Shown here: piece by piece, positions 1-13,475 of the stretch
Position numbering within the stretch: the stretch's first letter is position 1
Layout of the letters: each line of letters starts with the position of its first letter
Assembly: GCF_030144855.1 (NCBI RefSeq)
Contig: NC_082718.1
Coordinates: forward strand, 48,484,001 to 48,548,000
DNA: 64,000 nt
From: Hypanus sabinus
Lineage: Eukaryota
Reading direction: 5' to 3'
Program-made: the position numbers and the translations under genes
The notes under the pieces: generated by a model
What the model was told of the DNA's origin: nothing
Databases searched by the model: none
What the model saw: the letters and a program-made list of their open reading frames with translations, nothing else

Positions 1-1114
1 AGAGTACTGACATGGATTGAAAATTGGCTGGCTGACAGGAAACAAAGAGTAGTGATTAACGGGTCCCTTTTGGAATGGCAGGCTGTGACTAGTGGGGTAC
101 CGCAAGGTTCAGTGCTGGGACCGCAGGTGTTTACAATATACATTAATGATTTAGATGAAGGGATTAAAAGTAACATCAGCAAATTTGCCGATGACACAAA
201 GCTGGGTGGCAGTGTGAAATGTCAGGAGGATGCTATGAGAATGCAGGGTGACTTGGACAGGTTGGGTGAGTGGGCAAATGTATGGCAGATGCAGTTTAAT
301 GTGGATAAATGTGAGGTTATCCACTTTGGTGGCAAAAACAGGAAGGCAGATTACTATCTAAATGGAGTCAAGTTAGGAAAAGGGGAAATACAACAAGATC
401 TAGGAGTTCTTGTACATCAGTCAATGAAAGCAAGCATGCAGGTACAGCAGGCAGTGAAGAAGGCTAATGGCATGCTGGCTTTTATAACAAGAGGAATTGA
501 GTATAGGAGTAAAGAGGTCCTTCTGCAGCTGTACAGGGCCCTGGTGAGACCCCACCTGGAGTATTGTGTGCAGTTTTGGTCTCCAAATTTGAGGAAGGAC
601 ATTCTTGCTATTGAGGGAGTGCAGCGTAGGTTCACAAGATTAATTCCTGGAATGGCGGGACTGTCATATGTTGAAAGATTAGAGCGACTGGGCTTGTATA
701 CACTGGAATTTAGAAGGATGAGAGGGGATCTGATTGAAACATATAAGATTAGTAAGGGATTGGACACACTGGAGGCAGGAAGTATGTTCCCGCTGATGGG
801 TGAGTCCAGAACTAGAGGCCACAGTTTAAGAATAAGGGATAGGCCATTTAGTACAGAGATGCAGAAAAACTTTTTCACCCAGAGAGTGGTGGATATGTGG
901 AATGCTCTGCCCCAGAAGGCAGTGGAGTCCAAGTCTCTGGATGCATTCAAGAAAGAGTTAGATAGAGCTCTTATAGATAGTGGGGTCAAGGGATATGGGG
1001 AGAGGGCAGGAACGGGGTACTGATTGTGTATGATCAGCCATGATCACAGTAAATGGAGGTGCTGGCTAGAAGGGCCGAATGGCCTACTCCTGCACCTACT
1101 GTCTATTGTCTATT
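1..1114 (+). mobile_element. CR1 LINE 3' part with uninterrupted ORF2 RT/C-terminal frame (1-1023) and (GTCTATT)2 tail
   Basis: GVPQGSVLGP, KFADDTKL, RPHLEYCVQFWSP, TRGH motifs; the frame is open from base 1. Confidence 0.95.
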
Positions 1115-1663
1115 AGCTCCAAAGGCCTGTTATCACTGAGGCTGGGTAATCGGAGCAACTGTTTTGCACACTTAGACTCTGACAGAGCAAAAGTCTGTTA
1201 AAGATGAGTTTACAGTGACCAGTACTTATTCTGTTCAGTTGGGTGATCTATTAGACTCACCACTCTCACAGCCATGGACACTACTAAGTAAAAATATTTG
1301 GTGCTGTCGCCGGAGATTTCTTGAAGCATGAATTGAGCCTCTGCTTGCATGAACCAAGCAAAGGCATTTTGCTCCCAAAACTCTGGCAGTTTGAAAGCGG
1401 CTGCATTGGCCGACATGTTCAATAACTGGAATTGTGCCAGAGCATCAGGGTCACCAACGTAGGTTTTCACAAATAAACAAAGTGAGGTGTGTTATGTTTC
1501 AGAAAAGCAGCAGAAACTCATTTATTGAACACAAAAAAACTGACTTCAAAGTGCATTAAAAGCCCTTTATGCAATTATATCGTCACTTCAGATTTAAAGC
1601 GAAACCCCAACTCAATGCTGGTGGTTGTGAATTATGTACCTTTCCACCAATTGTTACCCTACA
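1115..1663 (-). mobile_element. Gypsy/Ty3-like LTR retrotransposon 5' remnant: LTR (1458-1663), tRNA-Trp-type PBS (1441-1456), degenerate gag
   Basis: LTR reads TGTAGG...CCTACG with internal AATAAA, followed by TGGTGACCCTGA and the gag peptide KLPEFWEQNAFAWFMQAEAQF...STKYFY; a frameshifted continuation reads QTFALSESKCAKQLL...RPLEL. Confidence 0.82.
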
Positions 1664-1999
1664 AGTGAACTCTCTATAGTATATTTTGTTTCCCTCTTCG
1701 AAAAAATTTCCCAGAGATTACGATATTTGTTGTAATTTACATGCCATGGTTTTTGGGCATAAAGTAAAACTTCAAAGAGTCCTGTAAGTAAATATTCATT
1801 TATCTAACTTTTTACTGACTGGTAATGAAAAGCATTCAACATTAAAGTAGCATTGTTGTTTTCAGCTTTCGTCAAAAGAAAGCCCTAGAAACTGGATCCA
1901 TTTGTTGCCTTTTCAGATGGATAAAGCATGCATGAAAGTAACTTTACCCAGGATAGACCCCATCCATCAGGGAACTAATAACTCTGAAGGGAAGTAGGG

Positions 2000-2270
2000 T
2001 ATCCATTGTCTGCAAGTCCACGTATCCACTGGAGGCCTGTCCGAGCGGGAGGGACGAAAAGGGTTTGCACTATGTTGCTGCTCTGTTGCTTGTTGTGTTC
2101 TCTCTTGTTCTGCCACGGATTGTGGGTATGCTACGCTGGCATCAGAATATGTGGGACAGCTGCAGACTGTTCTCGGAATATCCCAGGATGTGTTGATGGC
2201 TAATGTAAATGGCACATTTCACTGTACATTTTAATATTCATGTGATAGATATAATGGATCTGAATATGAA
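2000..2270 (+). mobile_element. Non-LTR retroposon 3' fragment with GAATCT-type tail, same family as 18470-19256
   Basis: Shared CATTTCACTGTA...CATGTG..A...ATCTGAAT block in both copies. Confidence 0.6.
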
Positions 2271-2859
2271 CTGGTGCTGGTATCTTCACTGGATCACTTA
2301 CATCTGATGTTTACTCAGCATGGTCACATGGCTAATGACATCACAAACCACTCAGTCCACTTCCTGCACTGCCAGCAGAAATCAAGCTCTCATTGCAATC
2401 TTCAACTTCTGTTGTTCACTCACTGGAAAAAAATCTAGGAGCACATCATACAGTGACCAGAAACCAGACACCAATTAAAGGGTCTTCACTGTGATGCCAA
2501 TGCCTTGCACCAAAATATGCCAGGTTCAGTTTTCAATGGACAACGTTCTGGAAACTACATCATCCTCCCGGCATACAAGAGATCGTTTCACCTCAGCTCT
2601 GTGGTATCTTTTCCTGCAGCTCTTCTATAGCTAAAATGGCGAGCATTCCTCAAGCTCTGGTTGCCTTCAAAAATATCAGGGTATCAATGGCATGGTAAGT
2701 GAGAGGTCTTTAGACAGTTACTAAAAGGAACTGCCCAGGTCCTATTTTGCCACAGGATTCTGGATACAGAACTCCATAGGACTACAGTAATGGAATTTCA
2801 TGCCATTTCATGAATTTTTGCGAAGGACTGGAGTACCATTGGTGGAACAAACAACACAC

Positions 2860-3460
2860 ATAAAGTAAAAGAGAGTGAATCCCAGGAAGTGTCATATTCT
2901 GCCTCAAATATTCTTTAAGAGTTGGGATGTTGTGTTGAAACTGTACAAAATCTTGGTTAGACTGCTCTGAAATTCTGTTCACCACACCATGGTAAGGATG
3001 TGGCAGCAATAGAGAGTGCAGAGGAGAATAACCAGGATGAAGCACGAAATGGAAGAAAAGATTTGTGATGTGTCATTAGACAGGCTTAGGTTATTCTCAC
3101 TGGGACATAAAGAGAATGAGTGGTGCCTATGCAGAGGATTATAAAATGATGTGGGGTTTAATTAGGACGGATCATTAGAATTTTTTCCTAAGGTTGGGTA
3201 AAGTGGATATATAGGCATTGAGGATTTAAAGTGGGAGGAAAGAATCTTATTTTTCCACATAGTGTGGAAGATGTCTGGAACAAGCTGCAATAGAAGGTGG
3301 TGGAAACAGATACAATTACAAAACAAAATCCATTTGGATAGGAAAGGAACAGAAGGATATTGGCCCAATGCAGCATTACCATAGATACAGTATGCATTAC
3401 AATTGGCACAGAAGGGGATGGATGAAAGGACCCATTTCTCTGCTTTACATCTATCTGATT
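2860..3460 (+). mobile_element. Old degenerate CR1 3' fragment
   Basis: Nucleotide similarity to the CR1 ORF2 end and 3' UTR at 450-1114. Confidence 0.65.
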
Positions 3461-4463
3461 GATCTAGAAATAATGAATTGTTATCAAACTGGACTAAAGA
3501 GATTCAAACAAATTTGAGAAATTATCTTTAAAAGCATTCAGTTTCAAACAAATATCTTTCCAATCTATGAGAGAAAACAAATGCCATAGATGGATGTAAT
3601 AAAGATACAACTTCCACCAGAGTCCCACTTTGATTTTGAACTTATAGTCTGTTAAAATTTGGCGACATGCGTGGAAACTGTTTTATAGTCAACTGAATGA
3701 TCAGAGTGTTTACCTGGAGAGGAGAAACAATGATACCATCAGAAGAACCAGACTGACTACAGATAAAATGTTTCAATCCTAAAGTGCCATGAGTCACTTC
3801 CCCCCACAGATGTTGCTTGACCCATTGACTTTCTCCAGAAATTTGATTTCCACTCTGGCTTCCTGTGTCTCCAAAAAACCAGACTATTTACACAATGCAA
3901 ATAATGACGCAAAATTCTCTAGTCACTGAGAAAGACACATTTGTTTTATGAGATTTGGTAAAACGATGCCTTTTTGAAAGGTATTCAAGATGACAGGGTT
4001 GTTTTTAAGAGGAGACAGCATAATGTGGAATCCACCCTAGCTTCAGCAAGCTTGGATTGTTTAGGAATTCAGAGAGGAAAAACAAAATACATGTTATCAC
4101 AAGACTATGAGGTCCAGCATTTCAATCATTCTGCATTTTTTCTACATTGCTTTACAGATCTGTGCACTTGTGATTCTAATTACCAGTTACCAGAATTCCA
4201 GAGATCTGTCCGGCTGCCAGAATCAGCCAGGCCATGTGATATCTTTTACTTAAAACTTTTGTATTGGATCAATGGAAATTATAGTACAGATACACGTTGC
4301 ACCTCTCTAAGTGGACCTGGTGACCCTAATTCATTACGCCTTTCTTTTTTGTCTTTAATATAATTTCATTTATCTCTATGTTCTTGTATTTTCAAAGAAT
4401 GTTACTATCTTAAATAACCCTAACTGTTCTTCAATAACTTCAGACAGTGCTACTTACTAAATG

Positions 4464-4795
4464 CTGCTGAAGGGCCTTGGCCAGAAACTTCAACTGTACT
4501 CTTTTCCATAGATGCTGCTTGGCCTGCTGAGTTCCTCCAGCATTTTGTGTGTGTTATTAAATGCTTATTAAATTACAGCTTTGACCCTTCCTGCCTTATT
4601 AAATTGACTGTTATGTTTTTGGTCTTTATTAACATATTCTACCATTTTTCAAACCTATTATTTCTGTGTTAGCAACAAACATTATTATGATTCCTGTCAC
4701 AAACAAGATAAAATCAGCAGATGCTGGAAATGCAAGCAACACACACAAAACGCTGGAGAAACTCAGCAAGCCAGGCAGCATCTATGGAAAAGAGT
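4464..4795. mobile_element. Two Penelope-like terminal fragments in inverted orientation (4464-4555 +, 4703-4795 -)
   Basis: CATAGATGCTGCTTGGCCTGCTGAGTTCCTCCAGCATTTTGTGTGTG and its reverse complement; hammerhead-like CTGCTGA...GAAAC at 4464-4495. Confidence 0.75.
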
Positions 4796-6406
4796 GTCAG
4801 AGAGCAGGAGTGAGAGCCATTGCCATTATAAAGGAAAACGTGCTGGGCAAAATCAAAGGTCTTAAGGTGGATAAGTCACTTGAACCTGATGGATTACATC
4901 CCAGAGTCCTGAGAGAGGTTGCTGGAGTGATAATGAATGCATTGGTCATGATCTTTTGAGAATCACTTAATTCTGGCATGGTCCTGGAGAACTGGAAGAT
5001 TGCAAATGTCACTTCACTTTTTAAGGGAGGAAGGCAAAAGAAAGTATATTATAAGCCAGTTAGCTTAACCTCAGTGGATGAGAAAGTCTTGGAGTCCATT
5101 ATTAAGGATGAGGTTTTGGGGTACTTGGAGACTAATGATAAAATAAGTCAAGACAGCATGGTTTCTGTAAAAGGAAATCTTGCCTAACACTTCTGTTCTT
5201 AGAGTTCTTCGAGGAAGTAACAAGCAGGGTGGACAAAGGAGAGGCAGTGGATGTCATTTACTTGGATTTTCAGAAGGCATTTGATAAGGTACCACACTTG
5301 AAGCTGCTTAACAACATAAAATCCCATGGCATTGCAGAAAAGATACTGACATGTATAGAGGAATGGCTGACAGGCAGGAGGCAGCAAGTGGGAATAAAAG
5401 GGACTTTTCTGGTTGGCTGCTAGTGACTAGTGGTTTTTCTGAAGAGTCAGTATTCACATTGTTTGTCTAGAATTTGGATAATGGAATTGATGGCTTTTTG
5501 GCAAAGTTTGCAGATGATATGAAGATAGTTGGTTTTGAGGAAGCAATGCAATTGCAGCTGGACTTTGACAGATTGGAAGGATAGGCAAAAAAGTGGCAGA
5601 TGGAATACAGTGTAGGGAAATGTCTGATAATACATTTTGGTAAAAGAAACAATAGAGCAACTATTATCTAAATGAGGAGAAGGTTCAAACATCAGAGGTG
5701 CAGAGTGACTTAGGAGTCCTCATGCAAGACTCTCAGAGGGTTAATTTACAGGTTGAGTTTGTGGTAAAGAAGGCAAATGCAATGTTGGTATTTATTTCAA
5801 GGGGAATAGAGTAATCAAGGAAATAATGCTGAGGCTTTATAAGACACTAGTCAGGTTGCACTTGGAGTATTGTCAACAGTTAGGGCCCCATATGTCTGAA
5901 AGGATGTGTTGTCATTGAAGACAGTCCAGAGGAGGTTCATAAGGAAGATTCCAGGAATAAAAGGGTTAATGTATGAGGAGCATTTGGGCTTGTACTGATT
6001 GAAATTTAGAAGAATGTGTGGGGATCTCATTGAAACCTACCAAATGTTGAAAGGACTAGATAGGGTGGATGTGGAGAGGATGTTTCCTGTGGTGGTGGTA
6101 TCAGACCTAGAGGACACAGCCTCAAAATTAAGGGGTGACCTTCTAGAACAGAGGTAAGGAGGAATTTTTTAAGCCAGAGAGTAGTAAGCCTGTGGAATGC
6201 TCTGCCATAGACTGCAGTGGAGGCCAAGTCCATGGGTATATTTAAAGCGGAATTTGATAGATTCCTGATCGGTCAGGGCATCAAAGGATATGGTGAGAAG
6301 GCAGGTGTATGGTGTTGAGCGGGATCCGGGATCAGCCATGATGGAATGGCGGAGTAGACTCGATGGCTGAATGGCCTAATTCTGCTCCTATGTCTACGGT
6401 CTTATG
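4796..6406 (+). mobile_element. CR1 LINE, 5'-truncated and frameshifted ORF2
   Basis: PDGLHPRVL, WKIANVT, VDVIYLDFQKAFDKVPH fragments; CR1 3' UTR with GTCTTATG-type tail. Confidence 0.92.
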
Positions 6407-6846
6407 ATGCAGAGGAGATTTACCAGGATGCTTCCAGGACTAGATAGTGTATCACGTTGTATGAGGATAGGTTGAAGGAATTGGGGCTTTTATCCTTCAA
6501 GCAAAAAAGGATGAGAAGTGATTTGACAGAGGTGCACAAGATGATAAGTTCGAGTGGATAGGCAGAGACTTTTTTCCTGGGTGGAAATGCCGAATATGAG
6601 GGGCATAATTTTAAAGCGATGTAAGGAAAGTATCAATGGGATGTCAGAAATATGTTTTTTTTTCCCAGAGTGGTGGGTTACATGCAGCCAGGTGTGGTGA
6701 TAGAGACGGATATATGAGGGACATTATATAGGTATATAAGTGAAAGGAACGTGGAGCGCATGTGGGAGTGTTAGATTGATCTTGGAGTGGGTCAAAAGGT
6801 TAGAACAACGTCACGGACTGAAGGACCTGTACTGTTCTATGTTCTT
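6407..6846 (+). mobile_element. CR1 3' fragment, second subfamily
   Basis: CAGAGGAGATTTACCAGGATG...; tail GTTCTATGTTCT. Confidence 0.8.
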
Positions 6847-8431
6847 AAGCCTTATGACAGAAAATATAAAATGTCCGCATTGAGGACTTGGCGGTTTGGT
6901 TTTCCTCGTGAACACTTTTGAATCAAGAATTGAATTACTTTGTTACTGTTACCGATACATACATTTAATCTAGAATAACTTAATCACCTGAAATTAATAT
7001 CCTTACTTGACACAGTAGATTTGAACTATTGTCCCCAGATGTCTGGTTGATTAACATAACCGCTATGTTTCTGTTCACTGTCCTTTGTATCATTATCCCA
7101 TCTGCATTTACCAGTCTTCATTTTACTCTCTGAATGCCTTTTGAAAGTTATCAATACTTCCTCCTTCATATTTCTTGATTTAGAATCTAAGTGTGTCAGA
7201 ATCAAAATTCGGATTGGTTGGATAACTTCATCAGGGGTTCCTCTGCTCACACACATCACTGTTGCCACACTGGACAAGATACAGATTCTGTTTCAGCTCT
7301 TAGTCTTAGTGAGACTATGGCAAATATCAGCAAAACCCCCTTCCTTTGTCACTGAAAGCAAAATCAGCCAATATAATTAAAATGCTGTAGACATTTGAAA
7401 AATGAAGAAAAGTTACTGAAAATAGTCAACTATCCAGGTGAGGGAGAAATAATGGTTCAAGTGGATGACCTTTTATCAGAATTGTGTGGGATAGATTAAA
7501 TGGACTATTCTGTAATAGGTCCCTCACTTCCATTAAGATTAGTATTGATACGAGATTTACTTTGATTGGCACTGTCACCCATAATGTTGCTGTTAGGCTC
7601 AATTTATCAAAAGACATTCCAATGCATTTAGTTTAACTTGGCTTCTTTCATCAACCTTCCTCAACACAGCCAAGGGCAGAGCTGATTATTGTACCCTCGA
7701 AAAGCCCTCTGTAAAGTAGGAGAGATCTCAAATTATAGAAACACTGTCACTAAATTTAAATCAGTTTGGACAAGCAGCTTTGCTCACTTTAGAATGAGGT
7801 TTTATTTCTAGCTGATGAAACCATTTAAGATTCTCTCTGGATTTGCTTCAATGGCATTGAAGTTTAAACTGCACTGTAATCACAAAATGAAAATGAGCTG
7901 ACTCCCATTAATAAATCAGTTCAACCACTGATTTATTCTGAAGTCCACAGTTAGATTCAATTCCCAGATTGGCACATTTATTATAATTAATTTGGGTAAG
8001 TGCTTTTTGAAAAGAAGTCAAGTAAAACTCCTTCAACAATGGACCTTGGGTATCAATTCTAGTCTGATTATTTTCACACTCCCAATGTCATTCCTATTAA
8101 AAAAAAACACTTAGCAATGCATTTTCACAGTCTCTTCTAAATAAATCTTTACTAAATACAAAGAGGCAGATGCAGCTGCCTCAGTAATTTAGAAACAAAC
8201 AAGGAGTTTTAGTACATGAACTTCCTTCATATCATTCAGCAATCCCAGATTCCTCACAAACATTGCAGGATTTATTTGTGTTTCATGATCCATCATTCTG
8301 AAAATTGCTAGTCAGTCATAAGTAGACTTGTCATCATATTACATCACATGTTGAGAAAATTCAAAGGCTATTTTTATTCATGGTAAATAATTCTAAAGAA
8401 ATACCTTATCAGCAGAAAAGGATTGGTCATC

Positions 8432-8790
8432 CTACATGAGGGGTATTGATAGGGTAAATGCAAGCAGACTTTTTACACTGAGGTTGGGTGGGACTATATA
8501 TCAGGCGTCAAGAATTACAGGTGAAAGGTGAGAAGTTTAAGGGAAACCTGATGGAAAACTTAGTTACTCTGAGGGTCGTGAGAGTGTGGAATAAGCTTGC
8601 AGCGCAAGTGGTGCATACGAGCTCGATATCAACATTTAAATGAAGTTTGGTTAGGTACCTGGATGGTAGGCATACGGAGGGCTATGATCCTGGTCCAGTT
8701 CAATGGGAGTAGGCAGTTTAAATGGTTTTGGCATGAACTAGATAGGCCAAAGGGCATGTCTTGTGCTGTACTTCTCCATGATTCTATGTA
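8432..8790 (+). mobile_element. CR1 3' fragment
   Basis: Similar to the reverse complement of 62290-62640; ATTCTATG tail. Confidence 0.8.
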
Positions 8791-10045
8791 ATATATTGCA
8801 TTCATTCACTGAGATGTGACTGTCCATTGAAGTTTTCACATGGCAACTTGGAAAAGCAAGGAACAAATGCTTTCAATCCATTACACTGATTATGTCACTG
8901 GGATAGTATTCCAAGGGTTTTAACTAGTAATCAAGAGAAAGTGAATTCACTCTCTGGGGAAGTTGGAAAATTCAAAAATAATGGGAAATACAGGGCTGAT
9001 ATCTGTAAAGGTGAGCACAAAGTTGATGATTGTAATTATAATCTGTTCACTAATGTCCAATGGGAAGGACATTTGGTGTCCATACTTGGTCTGGTGTATC
9101 CAGTCCAAATCCAGTCCAATCAATGTGGTTCGACAAAAGTGTCCTCAAAGTGGCCAAGAATGGTTTTAGTTACATAAAACTTCAAGACTGTTTTAAAAAT
9201 GAATTTTCCTAATGTTAAAAGAAACATTGCACCTGGCGTGGAGTTCAGTACATCGTGGGGGGAATCAGAGCCAAAACCCCAGTGGGTTATTAGGGCGGGT
9301 GCTCGCTATTGTGCCCTGAAAGCACCAAACAAATCAGAACTGTTGCAAAACCCTTTTGGCAGTAATCTCCCTCACCTTAGAAACCACACCCAACTGATTA
9401 CTGAGTATAATGATTGAATTTATTTTATTCTTTGAGCTGAACAGCGTTGTCCTCCCCTAAATGGCATAGAATAAAGCTACACCATGTGCCTAGCCATCTC
9501 GGACAAAATCGCTCCTTCTCTTTATAGTAGTATCTTCTTACTAAAGAGGAGAATAAAAATAAATTACATGATAGTACCCTTATAGAACAATAACTGTCAT
9601 GCATCACGTTTGTCCTAGCATGCTTAATTAATCTGAAATGTTAAGAAATATTGGCACCAAAATTGAGCTGAATGGCAATAATTTCTGTAATCCTGAGAGA
9701 TCTATACATAAATATGCAATCTTTCCATATCTACCTGATGGAAGAAATTAAAGAACAATCAGCTATTTTACAACTGCCTCCAGGCCATGCTGATTTAAAA
9801 TCACTTAATAGATTTCTTTTCCTCATACTCTCTTTGGCATTCCTCAAAAATTTATATTATTCATTTGAAGACCACAGTTATAGTAAGTCCTCTGAAAACT
9901 TAATTACTATAAAGGAAATACACAGGACTGTAGATGCTGAGATCTGGATCAGAAGATAAACAATCTGGTAGAAGAAAACAAAGGGCCAAATAGCCTCAAT
10001 GGAGGCAGAGTAATAGTCAGCATTTAAGATTGATACCGTGCATCA

Positions 10046-12203
10046 AAGTTCAAAGTTCACAGTAAATTTATTATCAAAGTGCATATATGTTTCCATATAC
10101 AACCGTGAGATTCATTTTCTTGCAGGCATGCTCAAAAAATCCAGATTAGAGTATTAACCGTAATGGAATCAATGTAAGACTGCACCAACTTTGGCATTCA
10201 GCCAGTGTGAAAAATACATCAAACTGTGCAAATACAAAAAGAAATAAATAATAATAGTAAATAAATAAGTACTAAATTTTGAGAAAATAAGATGAAGAGT
10301 TCTTGTAAGTGAGTTCACAGGTTGTGGGAACATTTCAATGATGGGGCAAGTGAAGTTGAATGAAGATATCCCCTTTAGTTCAAGAGCCTGATGGCTGAAG
10401 GGTAATATCTGTTCCTGAACCTGGTGGTGTGAGTCCTGAGGCTCCTGTAGTGAGAAAAGAACATTACCTGGGTGGTGGAGGTCCCTGATGATGGAAGCGG
10501 TTTTCCTGCAACAATGCATTGTGTAGATGTGCTCAATGGTGGGGAGAGCTTTACCCATGATGGTCTAGACCAGTGGTTCCCAATGTGGGGTGTAATTTTA
10601 TTTTTAAGGGGGCAATTCAAGAATGAGTTATTAACAGTGAATTTTTTCTATTAAGTCTGTGTGAGTATGAGTGTGTGTGCAAGTTAATACATATGTGTAT
10701 ATACAGTATGCATACATAAAAATACTTGTGTGTACATACATGTGTAATTGCGTATGTACTGTATATATAGTGTATCACCATCATTACAACCATCAAATGG
10801 CCTTCATAACTAAATTAATGAATTGACTGATGTAGGAAGGAACGAATGAACAAGTCCAAACGCGTTAGAAACTCGTACGAGGTCGCGCCAATGCTGCTTT
10901 TTGCAGTAGCTTTCGGTTCTTGGTGGTGTGAAGGTGTGTATATTGCGTCATCTCTTTTAAATGGTGTATCTGCCTTTGTACGCCATAGAAACGAATCGGC
11001 ATTGTTTTATTTATTATTATTATTATTATTATTTTAATATCACTTAATGTTCTTTTTTTTACAATTTCTTAGTAATTTCTTCCTCAGAACTTTAACAGTC
11101 CTTTGGTTCTTTTATTTTTCTCTTTCATGAATGCCATGTTCTTTGGAAGCTTGTTTAAATCAAGTTAATGGTCTTTTAGGCTTCCTCCAGGTGAATAGGA
11201 GTTCACTTTTTGAATAATAAGAATTATATATCACCACAGGGGGCAACAGGATTTTAGAGGTGATTAGGTGAGGCATGGCCAAAAAAAGGTTGAGAACCAC
11301 TGGTCTAGACTGTATCCACTACTTTTTGTAGAATTTACCATTCAAGGGCATTGGTGTTTCCATACCAGGCTGTGATGTAGCTGGTCAAAATAGTCTCCAT
11401 GACACAACTATAGAAGTTTTTCAATGTTTTAGATATCATGGCGAATCTTTGCAAACTACTTAGGAAGTTGAGGCACTACTGTACATATGCTGGGCCCAGG
11501 ACTCGTCCTCTGAAATGATAACACTGAGGAACCTCTCCACCTCTGACCATTCGATAAGGATTAGCTCATGGACCTCTGGTTTCCTCCTCCTGAAGTTAAT
11601 AATTGGTTCCTTGGTCTTGCTGACATTTAGTGAGAGATTGTGGTTATTGGACTACTCAGACATATTTTCAATCTCCTTCCTCCATGCTGAATTTTCACCA
11701 TCTTTGATCTGGTCTATGACAATTGTGTTGCAGGCAAACTTGAATAGGGCATTGCAGGTATGCATAGCCATACAGTGTTAAGTATAAAGTGAGTAGAGCA
11801 GGGGGTTAAGTACACAGTACCTGTACTGATGGATATTGTGGAGGAGATGTTGTTGCCAATCCAAACTGACTGGTGTCTGCAAGTGAGGAAATCCAGTATC
11901 GAACTATACAGGAATGTACTGAAGCCAAAGTCTTGAAGCTTATTGATTAGTTTAGAGGGGATGATAATCTTGAATGCTGAGCTGTAGTCAATAAAAAGCA
12001 CCTTTTCTGTTCAGACATTCAAAGGTTGAGTGAAGAACCATTGAGATGGCATCAGCTATGTACCTTTTGCTCTGGCAGGCAAATTTAGGGCAGATCCAAC
12101 TCGGTTTGTTTCTCAGATTAGAGTTGATATGTTTCATCACTAACCTTTGAAAACACTTCAACACTGTGGATGTAAGTGGTACTGGGCGATAGTCATTGAG
12201 GCA
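10046..12203 (-). mobile_element. Rex/Babar-like LINE 3' part, interrupted by a hAT MITE
   Basis: MLFIDYSSAFxxIIPSKLINKLQDxG RT fragment; RTHTTRFRNRYYPSAIRLLN C-terminus; (GAACTTT) tail near 10046. Confidence 0.85.
10571..11302. mobile_element. hAT/Charlie-type non-autonomous DNA transposon (732 bp)
   Basis: TIRs CAGTGGTTCCCAA / TTGAGAACCACTG; perfect 8-bp TSD GTCTAGAC at 10563-10570 and 11303-11310. Confidence 0.92.
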
Positions 12204-13359
12204 CTTATAAACACTGAAAGCTTAAAAACTGTCATTTTACACACTTTTAGAATTATAGGATTACATTCAATTGGTTTAAAATTGATCCTGCATACATCTG
12301 CATTTAGATTGTCAAAGATGTTTAATTTCTTTATGGAATGCGTTGTGCTTTAGTGTATTCTGTTAAAAAGTAATGGACCAGTGTGGTATTGGTTAACAGT
12401 TTATTTCAAGGTACCTCATTGTTGGATTTTGAAAGGAATTGAGAGGAATTTGAAAAGAATAATAATATTTGATTTGGAGGAGAAATTGTGAAATGAAGTA
12501 CACTTGAGGTGGAAGCACTTCCAACACTCTGTCACATATCCTATACAATTTCAGAGGTCACCCGAACCTAAAGCGAAGCATTTGATAATTCACATGAAAT
12601 TACTGGTGAAGATAAATAGAAAATCAACACAAACACTAAAACTAGTAAGAAAAGAGAACTGTGCATAAACATTTAGAATTAACATTGAGATTTTTTTAAC
12701 AACTGCAGGTGGAAATCTGAAATGAAAACAAAGAATTCTGGAGTCACTCAGCAGGACAGGCAGTATCTGTGCTGAAACTTTCATTTTGAAGGAGAAGCAA
12801 AGGAAATGTTTTGAGTCAAAGATTAGGCCTGACCTGCTGTATCTTTCCCTTATATTGTGCTTTTATTTTGTAATTCACAGTGCCAGTTGGTTGATGTGTG
12901 AAACAGACAGCAATATAATGGAAGGCAAGGCTACCTTGGGAGTAATAATTCATGGCTAATAATTTTTTGATGTGGCTCTATAGACTGGATTTCCTATATT
13001 CACTCCTGTATGCTTTCATACATTTAAATGGCATATAAATACAAATTACTAAATATATTTGTTCCAGGCCAGAGTTTACGCAAAATGCTACTGGGCATTT
13101 TTCCATCGAAACTGTTCAATAAAAGCCAATGTTTATTTTCTCAACAATAATACATTGTACTGCCATCCAAAAGTCATGCATGCTTCATTGGCATATTCCT
13201 TCAGGGAGATGTCCCATTGTCTTGTGTAGCAAAGAGCACAGGAAATTTGCCTGGAAACAGATGCTGAAAAAAAAACCATCCAGTCTGTGAACTAGAGCAA
13301 AGCTGAAAGTCATTTTTTATCACCACTGACATAACAAATCTCAAATGCCTTTCAGAGTT

Positions 13360-13475
13360 ACAGAGATTCTACAAATGCTGGAAGTCTTGAACATCACACA
13401 CAAAATGCTGGAGGAACTCAGCAGGCCAGGCAGCATCTATGGAGAGAAATAAACAGTCGATATTTCTGGCCGAGT
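13360..13475 (-). mobile_element. Penelope-like terminal fragment with partial hammerhead
   Basis: ACACACAAAATGCTGGAGGAACTCAGCAGGCCAGGCAGCATCTATGG...CAGTCGATATTTCTGGCCGAG. Confidence 0.78.

Noticed and set aside
417-989. 190-aa minus-strand ORF
   Set aside because: Antisense shadow of CR1 ORF2
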